Origin: Oopsacas minuta
Taxonomy: Eukaryota; Animalia; Porifera
NCBI GenBank assembly: GCA_024704765.1
Contig: JAKMXF010000319.1
Location: forward strand, 62,001 to 126,000
Direction: 5' to 3'
DNA: 64,000 nucleotides
This document shows positions 32,608 through 47,700 of this stretch, piece after piece; the first letter of the stretch is position 1, and each line of letters starts with the position of its first letter. The position numbers and the translations under genes were made by a program. The notes under the pieces were generated by a model. That model saw nothing but the letters and a program-made list of their open reading frames with translations. It made no database searches and was not told the origin of the DNA.

Positions 32608-35600
32608 TAGTTAAAAGCAGTTATTAGCATAAAGTAATGACAACAAATAGCCCTCGGTCATCGATTATCATCTAATTTCTCTCATGGACAAAACAAACAG
32701 ACGAATATGAAAACACAAACTGCTTGTAGCTATCATAATAACAGTCAACATGTATAGAAAGACACACAAAGACAAACAAGCAACCAGAATCAGTGGATAA
32801 TTGTCCATTAAATATTGATGAATTCGTATTCACATGATCTCCTATTGATATTACTATCTCAGAAAAGCTACCGATTCAATTAACGTATCAAATGAATTAT
32901 CTAAATTAAACTGGTACCTATGTGATGATTCATGCAAATACATTATAAACCCGAGTAGATTCTACAAGTTTGTGTTGAATCTACAGTCATTTCTAACCAA
33001 AATTAATTGTCTTCACACTAGTGAATAATTACATCTATTATGGGCTGTGAAAAATAACTCAAATTAGATGAGTAATAGCAAAAATTGAGTCTTGCTCTAT
33101 TCTCCATGATTTTTACACAATTTATAAAGATATCTAAGCACACCATGAGGGAACGTTATTTTATCGATTTTCTAGAGTACGTCATGCTTCAAAAAATCAC
33201 TACTATACATATGGTTACGTAAAATTTCTATTCAGATGTTTTCCCATAAACAAACAAAATACTATTCCCTCCAATCACATTATCAAGGATATTCTAGTTA
33301 GAATCTAACATATCGTAAAAAATCGAATGTAATTGAACTTTGGTATACTCGGGAATAGTGCTAGGTGACTATATTGTTGCGAAAATTCACACATGCCATG
33401 CAATAATGATGTATTCTTCTTTGGATCAATCAGTAAATATGATAAAACGTGATATATAAACAGGGGCGATCCGCCGCTGCATACCTACTCCATCCAATAA
33501 TCGACTTTCACAAAATGCAAAAGCATTCGCACTGTGGAACAATTTATCAACAAGATAGCAAATTTCGAAAATGCGAAATTCCAAATACGTAAAAACCAAG
33601 CCTTATAAAATAGCTACTATCGTGGAATTGAGTGGCCTTGTTGTTGCTACATTTATGTTGCCAACTTCGCTATGCCACTGGCATAGATCAGACAACATAG
33701 AACATTATACTGTAGATATTTTACTTATGTACTATTTCATATATCAGAATGATGTGTAATATTATATACAACATCTTTATCATGTCTGTGCATGCACACA
33801 AACAACTATAAACAATTACAGATAAACTTTAAACCAAAGCCAACTCAACTGATATTAAATACGTTGAGACATAGCCTTAGATTATGATATTCTAATTGAG
33901 TTATCACAAAAACATGTTGATGCAGCAAGTACTACATGTGATATTATCATCTACAAGTAGTATAGATATTAAACATACTAAAAAAAGGAATTACATATAC
34001 TAAGATAGGAGCTTTTCTAGTGAACGTGTTAACCTATATTATGCCTGAAAGTAGCATTAGTTTCCTGACGTAACATTAATATCAAGTACTACAGACTGTA
34101 ATTGTAATTAAGACTAATTATATACCTGGAATTGAATTAAGAAGTGCTTGAAGCGTGTACGATAAAGGCAAAAAGAGTGGATAATCAGGCTAATTAGGTC
34201 ACAAAATGTATTTGAACAACCATTTATGCAAGGGGTTGTGCCGGATATAATTTAATAAAAAATCATGCGCCTATAGGAACGTCCGGCGCTGGAACAAATT
34301 GTCCATTATTCGATCTCAATAAATCGATTTGAATGTAATGTGTTTGTGAAAATGGATGAAACAAAAAACATATGGTTCATGTGGGACTCTTAACGAGTAA
34401 ATATCCTTTCCCATGGTTTATAATTTCTCAGATTATCAGTTCAGATATCGGAGCAGCTGATTCGCAAAAGATTCTGATTCAAAAGGCAAAAGGCAAAAGG
34501 CACACTGGAATTTCAAGTATTATCTGGCGTTCCACATGATCATATTAGTTTGTAGTAACGGGAGTCCTCTATACTTAACCGTATTGAATTTCTCCACAAT
34601 AATATACGCAATCATTAATATTACATCGCGTAGGTGGGGAATCTCGTTAATCAAGCAAAATAAACCTACCAAACAACATCGAGTTACATTACAATGTAAT
34701 TAAAATGAATAAAATCACATATAAGATTGATATTATACATAACTACTGCGCAAAAATTACGCATAGAAATATTGAAAAGATGCTAACTGATATATCAAAA
34801 GATAACGACTCGACAAATACAAAAGCGATTAAAATAAACAACTCACCGTCAATTCTTCTCAGTATCACACAACAAAAATAGGAAATATAAACAATTAATA
34901 GTTTCGCGGCAAGCGACTATACATATATAAGCAGCATTTGCAAAAGCGCGCGAGCAACGAATCAAATTCGATTCTCTATATATACTAAACACTAGCCAAT
35001 ACAGATGGTTGTATATGTCACTGATGGATAGCATTTCATTGCTGGAAGAGCGTATTGGTATAACTTCAATTGTATTCAAGTCTAATGTCTCAAAATAGAA
35101 AACTTTTAAGCCTAGTTTTGTGATGAAATCAAACAAATAACTTTCTAACTGTGATTATGCCAATCTTTGGATTATTAATGGAAGTATACTTTTGTTGCAA
35201 CTAAACAATGCAAACAGTACCTGTAGATTGAAGTACATCTGTACTTACCAAATCACTATATTTCCATTGTGAAACCAACAAATGATAGGTAAATAGAACA
35301 GATAATTTGCTTAAGTTGCGTAGGAGTTGACATAATACCCAAGTAGATATAGCAATGGGTTCAATTTGAAAGTTACTATACGTAGTTATTCAATAGTGTG
35401 AATAGAATAAGGGAGAATGAGAGATGATTTCATTTGAATATATAATAGACTGGCTCAACTGGGACAAGGCCAAATTGACCCGATTAAACGGAATAAAGGT
35501 ATTGGCCGATTAGCCGAAGCTATATAACAATATTCGCACGGTTCTATTCTGGCCAAATGGCCCCGACTAACCTGTGCATCTATTAAACGGAGTCTTCTGA

Positions 35601-36498
35601 TTACATTCTTGTATAGTTATTACGTAGGCTATGAGTGATTATTAAGATACACCAAACAAAAGAACACACGAATGCACTGAAAAACCTAGGGACCTTATAT
35701 AAGTTCTCATCCATACTCTAATCTCAAAATGAAACGGAGAAGGCTTGTTTCCCGATCCATCAACTCCTACAATACTGCGAGAAAATTTAGGATTTTTGAA
35801 GGTAACAAAGTAGAAATGTAGCATTCTGATTCACTACGGTTGTAACATATATCGTAATCGGTTAACCCTTACTGTCGGAAAAATTTTGGAATTTTGAATA
35901 TCCATGTTTTGGGAAATCATCATCAAAAGATTGGCAAAATACTAAAAGACTTAACCCGCTGAGAAAGTATTGCCTAATTGCCGAATTAAGAAATGTTAAA
36001 ATTATTCAAATCTGCGCTATGCTCGTTCCGCCAATGTTGACTTGAAAAAAATCCGAAATTCCTTAAATGGAGTTGACTGCATTTCTTTCCAAATTTATAC
36101 AAAACTATTTGAACTTATATAATCGTGTATACTAAATATGTATGCTTAATAGTTACACTCATTATGTCACATAATTACAGTTTAATGACCTTATTACTTG
36201 TTGTAGAGGTTCTTATTATACTCTCATTTGTAGTATTAAGATATGTGGACATGGTAAATAGGGCATAGAACAACATGTATGGTCAACAAAACGATATATG
36301 GATTTAGTATACAGTGAATGCCGGTTATAACAAGCAGGTTTTACTGTATTGTTTATCACGGAATAAAATAGAGTATGTGCATGGCTATAATGGTAAATAA
36401 TAAATAAGCACCGTTTGTATTTTCAAGGAATTCATACCTTGAGTCTCACCTTAAGATTCAAATTTTTATGCAAATCTCAGACAAAATTCGCTAGTCCC

Positions 36499-36583
36499 TT
36501 CCGAACAAATTTGACGTTCCCGTTTCTCGCGAAAAATAGGTATTGATTTTCGCGAGAAACGGGAAGGTCAATTTTGTTCGGAA
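36499..36583. repeat. 85-nt near-perfect inverted repeat (37-bp arms, 11-nt loop)
   Basis: Arms 36499-36535 and 36547-36583 pair at 35 of 37 positions. Confidence 0.9.
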
Positions 36584-38795
36584 TTGCTGCGTTGCACAAC
36601 GAGCCAAGTATGAAACCTCAAGGATAATTCCCAACCTGTTTTTCTGAAGAAGAGTACTTCATCAATGAAGTCATAATTAAGACTACTCGCTCAATAATAA
36701 TACCTAAAGAAAATAAGTAGAACAAATAAACAAATAAAATACAGTAGAAGCTCTGTAAGTGGGGGAGGTCGAGACGATGAATCTCCCATTCCCCATTTAT
36801 AATTTCGTATGTGAATGTCCTTTAACCAAAGATTTTTTAAGTCAATGTATATAGCTATTTCCTCAAACGAATGTTTATTCAATGATATTTTTTATTATTA
36901 AAATATCCGCAAAGGTTGTTGGTTTAACATGAAAAATTGTAGGAATTTTCTTCTGAGAAAGATTAAACTTCAGCGTAGCAATAATACGTGTTTTCTAATT
37001 TTAGCACACAAAAATTGAATATTCATGAAAAGTTATCTTAGAATTCCCCACTTATAGAGGTATATTACAATGGTGTGAGCGATAATTACTCTAAAGAATG
37101 CCCCATGCCCTACTCCCTGCTTAAAAGGGTTCGTTTCTATGGATGAAAGTGGACCAAAATTGCCCCACTTATAGAGGTTGCACACTGTAAATGAAAAATC
37201 AAACAAATTCGAAAATATCAACATACCTTATCAAAAACTATATTGGCCATATATACTATTGTTAGTTGGGAAAATTGTTCCAGCTATACCACCTGCATAG
37301 CCTGCATTATATTTGCTACTGTTTAATCTTTGGATGTACGTACTTCAGGAATATTTCACTATACTTTCGCTACATCTAATTCACAAAAGAATAGAGATGA
37401 TGGTATCACTGTTCTGCTTGCTTCGCTTAACAATTTCTGTACACATAAAATATGATAATACCAACGGGGGTAGTATGGTAAAGCTGAATATAGCCGAATG
37501 AGTTTCGAAACCGGAATAAGGCGAATTGAAAATAACCGAAACAGTGAAGTAGGATTTTTATTCACTATTCCAGTTTGAAAATCCGGCTTTATTAAGTTAA
37601 CTTCATTGGTGTATACGAATACGTAACGATAAAAACTGTAAGAGTAATCAGGGAAATTAAACATTAGAAAACATGCCCGCATTCTGCAGTCAAATCTAAT
37701 AATATAAAGCACCAGGCGATTATACATGCATAAATTTTGCTATCTACAAACTATAACTAATGATGTCTACAGAATGAATTAGCATCGTCACGATATTGTA
37801 GATTCATATATACATATATATCATGAGATATATGCTAAAATAGCAATCGAGTTATTCCCTATCGTCTATCACTTATATATTGGTGATGGTAACCAATATC
37901 GGTAAGAAATATGTTCGATTCGACAGTAGTGAATCCATTTATAACGACTGTAATAGTTGATTTAATAGAATAATCATAGAACTGGAATGTTGTTCGTAAT
38001 TATGTTATCAGTGAATACATTGCAAATATTGTATTAGTAATAGAATATTTGGGAAATTCTTCCCAAATAAGGTAGTATAATAATGATTAGGGTTAATCGA
38101 ACACATTTTGAGAGGTATAGGATAGTTCTCAGTGCACCCACCCATGGCCAACATAAAGGGTATGATTCTATATAAAGACAAGTACTGTCTCAAAAGTAAT
38201 CGCATTTTGCATTCTCAGCAACAGAGTTATCGATATTTCTCAGGGTTCCTGCGTTCAATTCTAAATGTTGTCAGGGTGTCTAGTCTGCATAATTTCAAGG
38301 TGCAACTGTCGCGGTGCGAATCGTCGGCATCAAGGATGAATAATCTAAGAATCGACGTATGACCTATCGTCTCGAACAACTGCTGCTAACAGAATATCCG
38401 AAAATGTGATATTATCAACGATGTAGTTTCCATATAAGGAAGTCCGCTAACGTTCGAAATTTGTCCAAGGATGAGTGAAAGGTCTTAATAAGATACAAAA
38501 AATCCCAAACTTGCGATATTTTCAAGGCATGTGAGAGAAAAAATCCAAAGCGTGGAGATTGGCGCAAATAGGCGCCTGAATCTGGGTGAGCAAAGATGAC
38601 ATCATGCCCACCCGCCCTATACTTCCTGCATTGTTAGTAGTTTCCAAATAACTACTTTAATATGATTAACCCGAACAACAAATTCCATAATTAATAGTGA
38701 TAAAGATACAATAAATAGGAACATTTATATGTAAAAGTATAATATATAAGAGATAGGCTACGTTTTATATATTTTTGTTAAATAAAAAGTTAATA

Positions 38796-41700
38796 TTAAT
38801 TCTCGCCTAACACGATATTTAAAATATTTGGTGTCGCTCTGGGATTTGACTTTATTTGTTGGTATTTTCTTTCTTTCAAGGATTGGGCCTGTTCTTCATC
38901 GGTTTTAGGCTGGATATGATGAAACACTTTTTTCGGGATTTTTGAATCCTTTTGTTGTATTTCAATGGTTTGTTTACCACTTAATAATGCGTGTAAAATA
39001 CAAATAAACATTGAAATAAATCCAATAATGAAGATAGAAATCAATAAATATTTCAAAAACGCGGGAAAGTGAGTATTTAAGGTTTCCAGAGTTGGATTTC
39101 CAATTTTCGGATTTGCAGATGACACAATCACCGGAATTTCCCCCTTGGCACATGCTAATGGTGATTTTTTTGTGCACACATTAACACATTGCTTATAAGG
39201 CAATTTACAATCTCTGAAGATGATGGACAAGTTGAATTTCTGGCTATCAGAAATTCGTGGTGAATAATGGCCATCAATCCGTGGGAAAAGAATTGTCAAT
39301 GTCCGCGGGTCTTTCCAGTACGAATATTTCGGTAATTCATTATAAACCTCTTGGTTAAAGTGTAATAGAGCTTCCAGCTGTTTCCAGTGTGCTAAATTTA
39401 ACTGTATGACGTCATCTTCAAATTGAATTTCCACTGAATCACCTGTGGTTAGTATTGTGTTAGAATACGGGATGCGAGAAGTAATAAAGGCGGTAACATT
39501 CAGCGCGTCAAAAGCCGCGATTTCGCGAGGCGTTCGCGTCAAAACCTCAGATTGTCCGGGATGCAACCTAATATACACAATTGGTTTATTATCATTAATA
39601 GGAATAGTATCTATAATAGAATACACGCTACTCGAAGCTCCTTTTACATCCGTGATGGTTATAACAACGAAACGATCGCCGAGTGGGAATAAACTCGGTT
39701 CATTTTCATCATTTGTATAGAACAATGCTCGTAGAATATCTGTGTAATTCTTAGCACTACCATTACCATAAAATAACAAGAATTGGCCAGTGGAATAACT
39801 CTGTATGTTTGATGAATTATCAAATAATCCAAGTTCAGGAGAACGAATGAATACATACTCGTTCGGATCCAGTCCACCATTAGCTACAACTAGAGTTGCG
39901 CTTAGACTGGCAATAGTGTCATTTTCTTCATCAAATATCTCAAGAAATGGTAATAAAACGATATGCTCTTCATTTGATGGATTATCCAATGATGAACCAT
40001 TGAACTCTGTGAATTCAAAAGTCCAATTCATGCCCAGACCTGAACCTATATCCAATAGGGGCGGGTCGTTAGTCGCGACTAACTGAATGGTTAACTCAAC
40101 AGGTAACGAGGGGAAATTGTCCAAATCAGAGACAGTAATTCTGAGTGTGCGATTGCCATCAATCGCAGTGAAATCTCCATCATAAATATTGCTGTAACGA
40201 ACTGAATTAGTAATAGCCTGATACTCGCTAATATCGCGATTATTTATAAGTATAAAGAAAGCGGTATATTGCTCATCAACTAAAGAAACTCCATCACTAA
40301 GGACTATATTGGATGTCCCGTTAAACAGAAGTTCATTCTGGAAATAATTCACAAAGGGAATATCAACGATTTCGAAACGCATCCGCAAAAAATTCGAGTT
40401 ATCAACATCACTTAACGTAATGAGATTACCGATCAAAATGGGTGGAGAATTTTCTTGGTAAGTAACGAATGTACTTGATAGCGTCACAACTGGCCTATCG
40501 TTAACAGCTTGTACGTCTATAGTGAAATCTACAGAAACCTCAGCGGAATTATCATCTACAACTGTAAATTGGATAACACGAGCCCCAGAAGTTGGATCAT
40601 CAGATAAATGTATGTATGAAATACCGCGAAATATGTTCTGTACAATTCCAATATCTAACCCAGCTGTTGTCTCAAGTAATGTGCCATTAGCCGGGAGGAT
40701 ATTCTGTGTTCCAGCAGAGACAGATATAATTTCATATCCAATATCAATAGCATTGAACTGTATACTCGCATATTGAATGAAAGCTCCAGGGTCTTCATCA
40801 GTTATTTCTATTAATTCATCCAATAAAATCGCATTACTATTCTCAATGAATACATCTTCAGTACGTGATTGAGTAATGACAGGTAAATCATTGACATTGA
40901 CAACTGACAGCGTTTGCCAACGAGTTACGCTAGCCTGTACAGTGTCACGAGCTACGATAAATAGCTGGCGATCCCCCGCTGTAGGTTCAGATCTTGTGTT
41001 ACGATACACGACACTACGTAGGATATCAGTGTAATTCTCACTTGAGCCAGGGCCTGTGATGTTCAATGTTCGAGTTTCATTATCAAAATTAACTGTGAAT
41101 ATACTGGAAATGTTCTCAATAGAAATCCATTCAAACTGAGCTGTATCAGGCGTATCAGTGAGAATAATCTCAAGTGATTGTATAAGATACAACTGGTCAT
41201 TTACATCAATTATAGTTGACAGTGGACTGACAATTGCAATTGACATGTTACCTTCATAGAATACAGGTGAATAAGCTGGTAAGGTAATTACAGGTGCTGT
41301 ATCATCTATTCCTATTGAGGTTATGAATATACTTGCACTACCTGTTACTATTGGTGCATTGTCTTCTTGTGGATTTGTTGAGGTTACTTCTATTTGAACT
41401 CTCACTTGACTGCCTAGAAAATGATATTTATGGTGAAGGAATAAATATTAACATCTACCGTCAAACCCCGTTACATCTAAGTTCAAGGACAGCGACTATC
41501 ATTCGATATTAGCGGGTATTTCGGTATAACGGGAGTTTACTGTACAATAATGTGAAAAGTTAACAAATGGTTATATTCAGATTTTCATTTTCATACACCT
41601 AAATCAGGGTAGGACATAAATGTAACTCTCTTATACTTTTGTTCAAACGGCTAAAAGAGCGTCATGCACTTATAGTATATAAAATTTCATCTTTGACCGC

Positions 41701-43362
41701 GTCGCATTCGAAAAAGCATGTTTGACAAATTCAAAAATATACCGAAAGAAATTTGCACCAAAATGTTATTTCGCTGGATGAAACCATACATACACTAGAA
41801 TGGAGCCATATAAAATACGTATCTTCACTTGTTTGTATGAATTTACAAGAGAGTCTATCATTTATTGGGGAAATTTGCAAAAACGGGTAACATTTTTTGA
41901 CTTCCCTGATGCTCCGTTAGTATAGTGGGGGTTACATTCTATACTTACCGACTGGCCGATCTGTTAGAGTAATCTCAGTTGCGTTAATAAATGCGAGAAG
42001 ACATAGCCTGAAATTACCAGGTGTCCTTCCATTATTAGTGAGAAAATTGTCATCAATTTCATACGTAGTTACAAACAAGTCACCTTCTGTGATTCGCAAA
42101 GTAGGCTCGAGATCAAGCGTTGCCAATCCGAGATTTTCACGTAATCGTATTGCATTTACAGCAACTGGATTAGTCTGAGTGTTTATTTCTGGATTATCAA
42201 TTTTAGAGAAAATCAACGTATAATTGACTGTATATTCAAAATCATGAACTTCAATCAAGTCGAGTGTGAGTCGGAAAATATTCTCTGCAGTTGAATACAT
42301 TGAATCAACTGAACCAGGATCAGCTGTATTAGTATCTAATACAACTTCACTACAGTTTGTAAAACCGACTACGTCATCATATACATCACAATTGAATAGA
42401 CTCCCAATCATGCAGACAACACAACCTGTGTCATCATGATCACACTGCTCTTCAAATTCTACAATTCCATTCCCGCAGTTGGAACACCTGCTAAGCTGCA
42501 TACTTGTTACACATGTCCAGCTTATTTCAATAGAACACTCGTTGCTACAGCCATCGCCGATTACAAGATTGCCATCATCACAGACTTCGCCAATACCAAC
42601 AATTCCATCACCACATGGACAGTTCATGACCAAACTTGTGTTAGAAATTGAAACACACAATTCTTGGACAGAAATTACGTCATCACCGTCTGTGCTTACT
42701 AATCGAGTAGGACATGTAGGACAGTAGAGTGTACATGTAATTTCAGACAAGTTAGCGACATTTAGCTGGTCGATATACATAGCTAAAGAGGTCGAGTTAA
42801 CTATTTGAGAATTCGCGGCATTTGATACACAAAGTGAGTTAATTTCCCTGAGAACTAAGTTGGTGAAATTCGCGAGAAAGGGAATGTTGGAGAAGAGTCC
42901 CTGATTTATGAAATAGCCGTAATATCCTAAGGATTTGATGGTTACTGCGAAATTTGACAGGATATTTTCGTTACGCGGTAGTGAAGTTGTATTAGCAGCA
43001 CATGACAGTAGAATATTTCGCGCGTTTGCGTCCAAATTTCGCGAATCAATACCCGGCAAAATCACACTAGATATCTCATTGTAAATACAGCTCACTAAAA
43101 AACTGGTGTAAGCGCAAAGTGTATAAGTTACAAGCTGTGAAATTTCGCAAATTTGCAAATAAACCTGACTGAAATTCGACATAGGATAATAGTTAGTAAT
43201 ATTATCATTGTAAACTTGAATACATTGCTGTCTTATGTTATCTGAACAAGTCAATGAAGGGAGTTGTGTAGGTCCTGGTATAGCTGTACTTTGAGAAGTG
43301 ATAACGGGTAGCAGCATATAATATGTGCATAAAATCGCGAAAACTGTTGGTATACGACGCAT
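38796..43362 (-). CDS. Large type I surface protein: Cys-rich N-terminus, 2 Myxococcus-type Cys-rich (DUF4215-like) repeats, cadherin-like repeats, TM; two exons (41949-43362 and 38796-41413), ~1343 aa
   Basis: Signal peptide; [27 protein letters not shown]; repeated linkers NDLPVI, NDRPVV, NDPPLL, NDNKPIV; phase-1 splice G|gtaagt...ttctag|GC; [25 protein letters not shown]. Confidence 0.8.
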
Positions 43363-43487
43363 GTTGTTAGCTAATGTACAGCATAAGTAAAGATGGTAAT
43401 TAGAATATACGCGTAGAGCAACTCTCGTAATACGAATCTGAAAGTAATGGTAATTCGTATTCGATTACTGAAAAGTCATTGTAATTA

Positions 43488-43860
43488 CAGTAGATGCCGG
43501 TATAAGAACACCGGTTATAAGAACACCGGTTATAAGAACATACCGGTTATAAGAACACCGGTTATAAAAATCTTGACTTTATTTACGGAATCTTTTGTAT
43601 TCTAATCCTTGAATTTTAACCGGATATAAGAACATTCCATGCTGGGTATAAGAACATTATACTAGCAAAGGTTGCTATATACCCCAATAAAATTCATGCC
43701 GGCTATAAGAACACCCTTAGAATTGTAGCGAATTGGCTCTTATTACCGGTGTGTTTGTAGAATCAGCAAATAATACAGTAGATATGAGGACACTTCCATA
43801 ATATGGTTACTACATCCAAATATGTTTATTGTAGTGTTTTCATAACCGGCATTCTCTATA
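43488..43860. mobile_element. TA-CAGT MITE with 15-bp subterminal tandem repeats (CCGGTTATAAGAACA)
   Basis: Five tandem units at 43497-43572 plus scattered internal copies. A reverse-oriented relative lies at ~24120-24385 and a partial one at ~54578-54640. Confidence 0.65.
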
Positions 43861-44638
43861 TACTAAGCAAATAGGAGATCGCTCGGTGTCTGGCGGTCCA
43901 ATCCGTCCTTGACACAAAATGTCGACAGTGAGACTCAATTTAGCACAGGATCTATATGGTACCGTCCATAAGTGCCATCCCATGAGAATTCCTGCAAGAA
44001 CAATTCACTGCCCAGAAATTACTTGATAATCTCCTGATTGATATTGCAAGTATTCTAGATGTAAATATACAAAGGTTATCGCTTATAAGAACATATTGAA
44101 AAGCGATAACTCCTGTACTGTAGATCACGGAATTACCGGATGTTCTTGTATTAGAAGTTCTTATATGTACCGGGCATCCAGAGCATTAAAGGAGCGCGAA
44201 GAGTAGTGCTCTATTTTTGCAGGAGCGACACACTGAAGCGCGCTCCTATTGAATTTCAAACAATTTCCAAACATCATCGTTCTTCTCCATAAAATTCAGT
44301 ATTCTTGCTATAAAAAGAGGATGCTGGTACACTTTTGTATTATTCACAATTTGTTGAACTAGTTTGACTTTGCAAATTAGTAATTTCTCGAATCAACAAG
44401 GGTTAAGTTCAATCCTAATGACTTAAAATACAAATCTAATCTAAATCTGAAAGAATGAAAAGGAGCATGCTCCATTTTTCCTGGGGCAGGAGCTGGAGTG
44501 CACTCCTTTTCTGAATAAGGAGCGGCCTTGAACTACAAATAAGGATGACAAATATATATAATTAAACTCTAATTGAATAACGAATAGGCTTATAGTTTAT
44601 TATATGAAATATTGAAGATTATAGAATAGAATCCTTCC

Positions 44639-44640
<2 letters not shown>

Positions 44641-44700
<60 letters not shown>
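44641..44700 (+). repeat. (AATC)15 microsatellite
   Basis: A perfect 60-nt tetranucleotide run, 40 nt downstream of the MRTF stop codon. Confidence 0.98.
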
Positions 44701-44701
<1 letters not shown>

Positions 44702-44739
44702 CTGAACGATTGTTGTATAAAATTTATCGTAACCTTCTC

Positions 44740-47700
44740 TCAATTATTGCTGTAATAGGTCTGAGGATAGCAATCGACTTGGTTAGGATCAAGAGGGAAA
44801 TTTGGCTGGTAGTTTAAATTATAATTTCCATCAACCGGGATGTATCCCGACATGTTCGGTACTATTACGTCATTAGTATAGCTTGCCTGTGATGGACTTA
44901 AAAGTGGAATTTGTTCTGTATAGTTCGGGAAGTTATTGAAATTATCTGAATACTGATTGCAATTCATATGTGGGTAGAAGTTCGGTTCAATGCATTGGTT
45001 AGGTGGGTAGAATTTTTGCTGTTGTTGAAGGAATAAATCGTCCGCAGGAGTGTTTGAGGTTAAATAATTCGACGCGTCGATGAACTGCGGTTCTTCTGCG
45101 TACATACTGCAATCACCTGGTTGGATAGAGGGCTGTAGTAAGTCTAAGGGCTCCGTACAAATCGAACCGTTAGAAAGGAGAGATGAATTTGAATTGCTTG
45201 GATATGATAATGGCTGCGGTATTGGTGAATCGTAGTGGTTATTCAATTTTAATTGAAGATTCGGCATCTCCGTGATGAAGTTCGGATTAGGAAGAAGCGG
45301 GACTTTTTTCGGGGTGAACTCAGATAGGTGTGTTTGCGGTTTTGTGAGATACGCGGGCAAGGAGGTATGCGTTGGATTGAGAGGTTTGAACAGGTTCTTA
45401 TCATCCAAACTTGGTAGTTTGAATTGTACTTGTGGTGATTTCATCTCAGAATCTGTTGAAGATATAGATTCTTTATGTGGAATTTCATTTGGATATTCCG
45501 GCATTTGAATAGGATTAGTTTTCTGATAATTCAAAATACGATCAATCAATTCAGCCTTCTTTCCTGTTGTAGCAAGTGAATTGTGTTTACAAATATTCCG
45601 TAATTCCTGTAAATTCCTCTCCTGTAGCCCGATTTGTGTGATCTTACATTGTGTGAAAAAGTCGGTGACTAGGTTATCCGCGTCGTCCGTTTGTCCCCAG
45701 AGTTTTTTCAGCACATCGGGAGTAATGTACTCTTTCATTTCAGGGTAACGTTGTATGACTTGTAACTGTAATAGGAATTGTTGTTGATTGACACAAACTT
45801 CAAAACTTGATCGTTGCTTCTTGTCTCGCGAAATTCGCGTGTCAGTCTCAGACGCTTCCATTGGGGTGTGAGATTTCGCGGGAGGCTCTTTCCGATAGTT
45901 TGAAGCAGTGTACACATGGAAATTGTAATGTTTGTTTGTTTGTTTTTGTTTATTGTTTTGTTTACTGGCTTTCTTTGACTTTGTCTTTTGATTAGTAACA
46001 CAATGAACTGGATTTTTGTGTGTTCTCAGAATTGATTCAGTGGAAATATCTAAAGAATTGAAATAGAAGAATAATATGGGAATTGGGGAAGGAACATGGA
46101 GAGTTGTCAGTCATTAGCACAGTCACCTCCGGTAATATTGAAGCTCAAAGGACCGCGATAATTTCTCGATACAAGTGGAGTTCGAAATAGCCGATAAAAT
46201 ATACTCCAGTTAACGAGAGTTGACTGTATTAGCTGATAATACTCGTGTAGGTGCGCTGGATATGCTTGACCCATGGGTACAGTATGCTTACACCTGACTG
46301 AACCATAAATATAAGCTGTGTAGAATGAAAGCCATAGACAAATAAAAATGTGCTTGTATAATTCTTAACATATACTCAACTCAGTTACGTATAACGTGGC
46401 GTTATTTCCATTACGTCATTAGCTTGATAGCCGATGAAACGAGAATCATATGCTTACTTACCAATCTCTTTTTATAAGTATACTGGTATTTCACGTTATT
46501 CCACCTATCCCACCCAAAATATATCCAGAAATACAGTAGAGACTCCGAATAACTAACACGTTGGGGACATCGCTTAAGTCGGTTTTAGGAAGTTATCCGC
46601 TTCTAGGAGACTGCTAAAGTATTATCTACAGTGGAGTATCCCAAAACGGATACTCAGAAAAGCAGACAATCCCTCTACAACGGACAAACCTCCTGGAACG
46701 GAACGAAATAGCGATCATATACGTTTTATGAAAATAAGATAAAATATACTGAATCCATAATCCATGGTTAAATAATAATCAAACTGGGCGAACCACGATC
46801 GAATTCAAGTTTTTCCTTCAAAATTCGCAGGAAAATAGGAAAAAACGGCGGCTAAAGCCCGATTTTGACTGTCGTAATCTCCTGCCTTAACTTTACCCAG
46901 CTATTAGTGATTTACTCGAGGTGCATGCATATGTCAGAATCTTCCAGTTGGCATTTGTCAGAATACTCGTAAGTGTCACTCGTCCGAATCAATATTTGGC
47001 TAACTGTTACTTGTCAGAATGAATATTCCAATGGTTATGTAATGATCAGACATGCTAGCAAGCCCAGCAAACTTCCAGCCGACTCACAGGCTCCAGATCC
47101 AACTCGAATTAAATCAATATCCATCACTGCTATCCTAATAGTTTCAATACATGCTCATCTTCTCGCTTTTAGGCAAGCTAGCTAGATAATCACGTCAAAT
47201 TCCAATTCTTGATTCTGACAAGTGACAATCAACCAAATATTGATTATGACAAGCGACAATTACGAGTATTCTGACAAATGCAGCTCCCTCATTTACTCGG
47301 CTTACAACGGGATGGATTCGTGGTCACGAGCATTTCGTTATATTGAGAGTTTAATATATTTATCAACTAACTTGATCCAGTTTCAACAGTCTCAGGGCTC
47401 CAACCCCCGTAATCCTCATTAGAAGAATAAGAATCTCTTCTCGCTGCTTTAGCTAGTTTCTGAAAGAACGATTGAGTATTCTCTCTAGAATTCTGCGAGT
47501 TATTATTACTCACAACGGGCGGTGCAGGGAGAATACCCTTCGATATAAGGTCGATTGGTCCAGGTCGTTCTGATAGCTGTCTGTTGAGTAGGTCAGCTGT
47601 TCGTTTCCTATGGAGTGAGACCTGTGATGCCTGTAGCAAAGGAGAGGTGTGGGTATTTGATTTGAGGATATTCTTGTCTTGTAGGCTATCTATAAGGGAA

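Noticed and set aside
43497-43572. 15-bp tandem repeats as a CRISPR array
   Set aside because: The units are head-to-tail without unique spacers, lie inside a MITE in a eukaryotic genome, and no cas genes are present.
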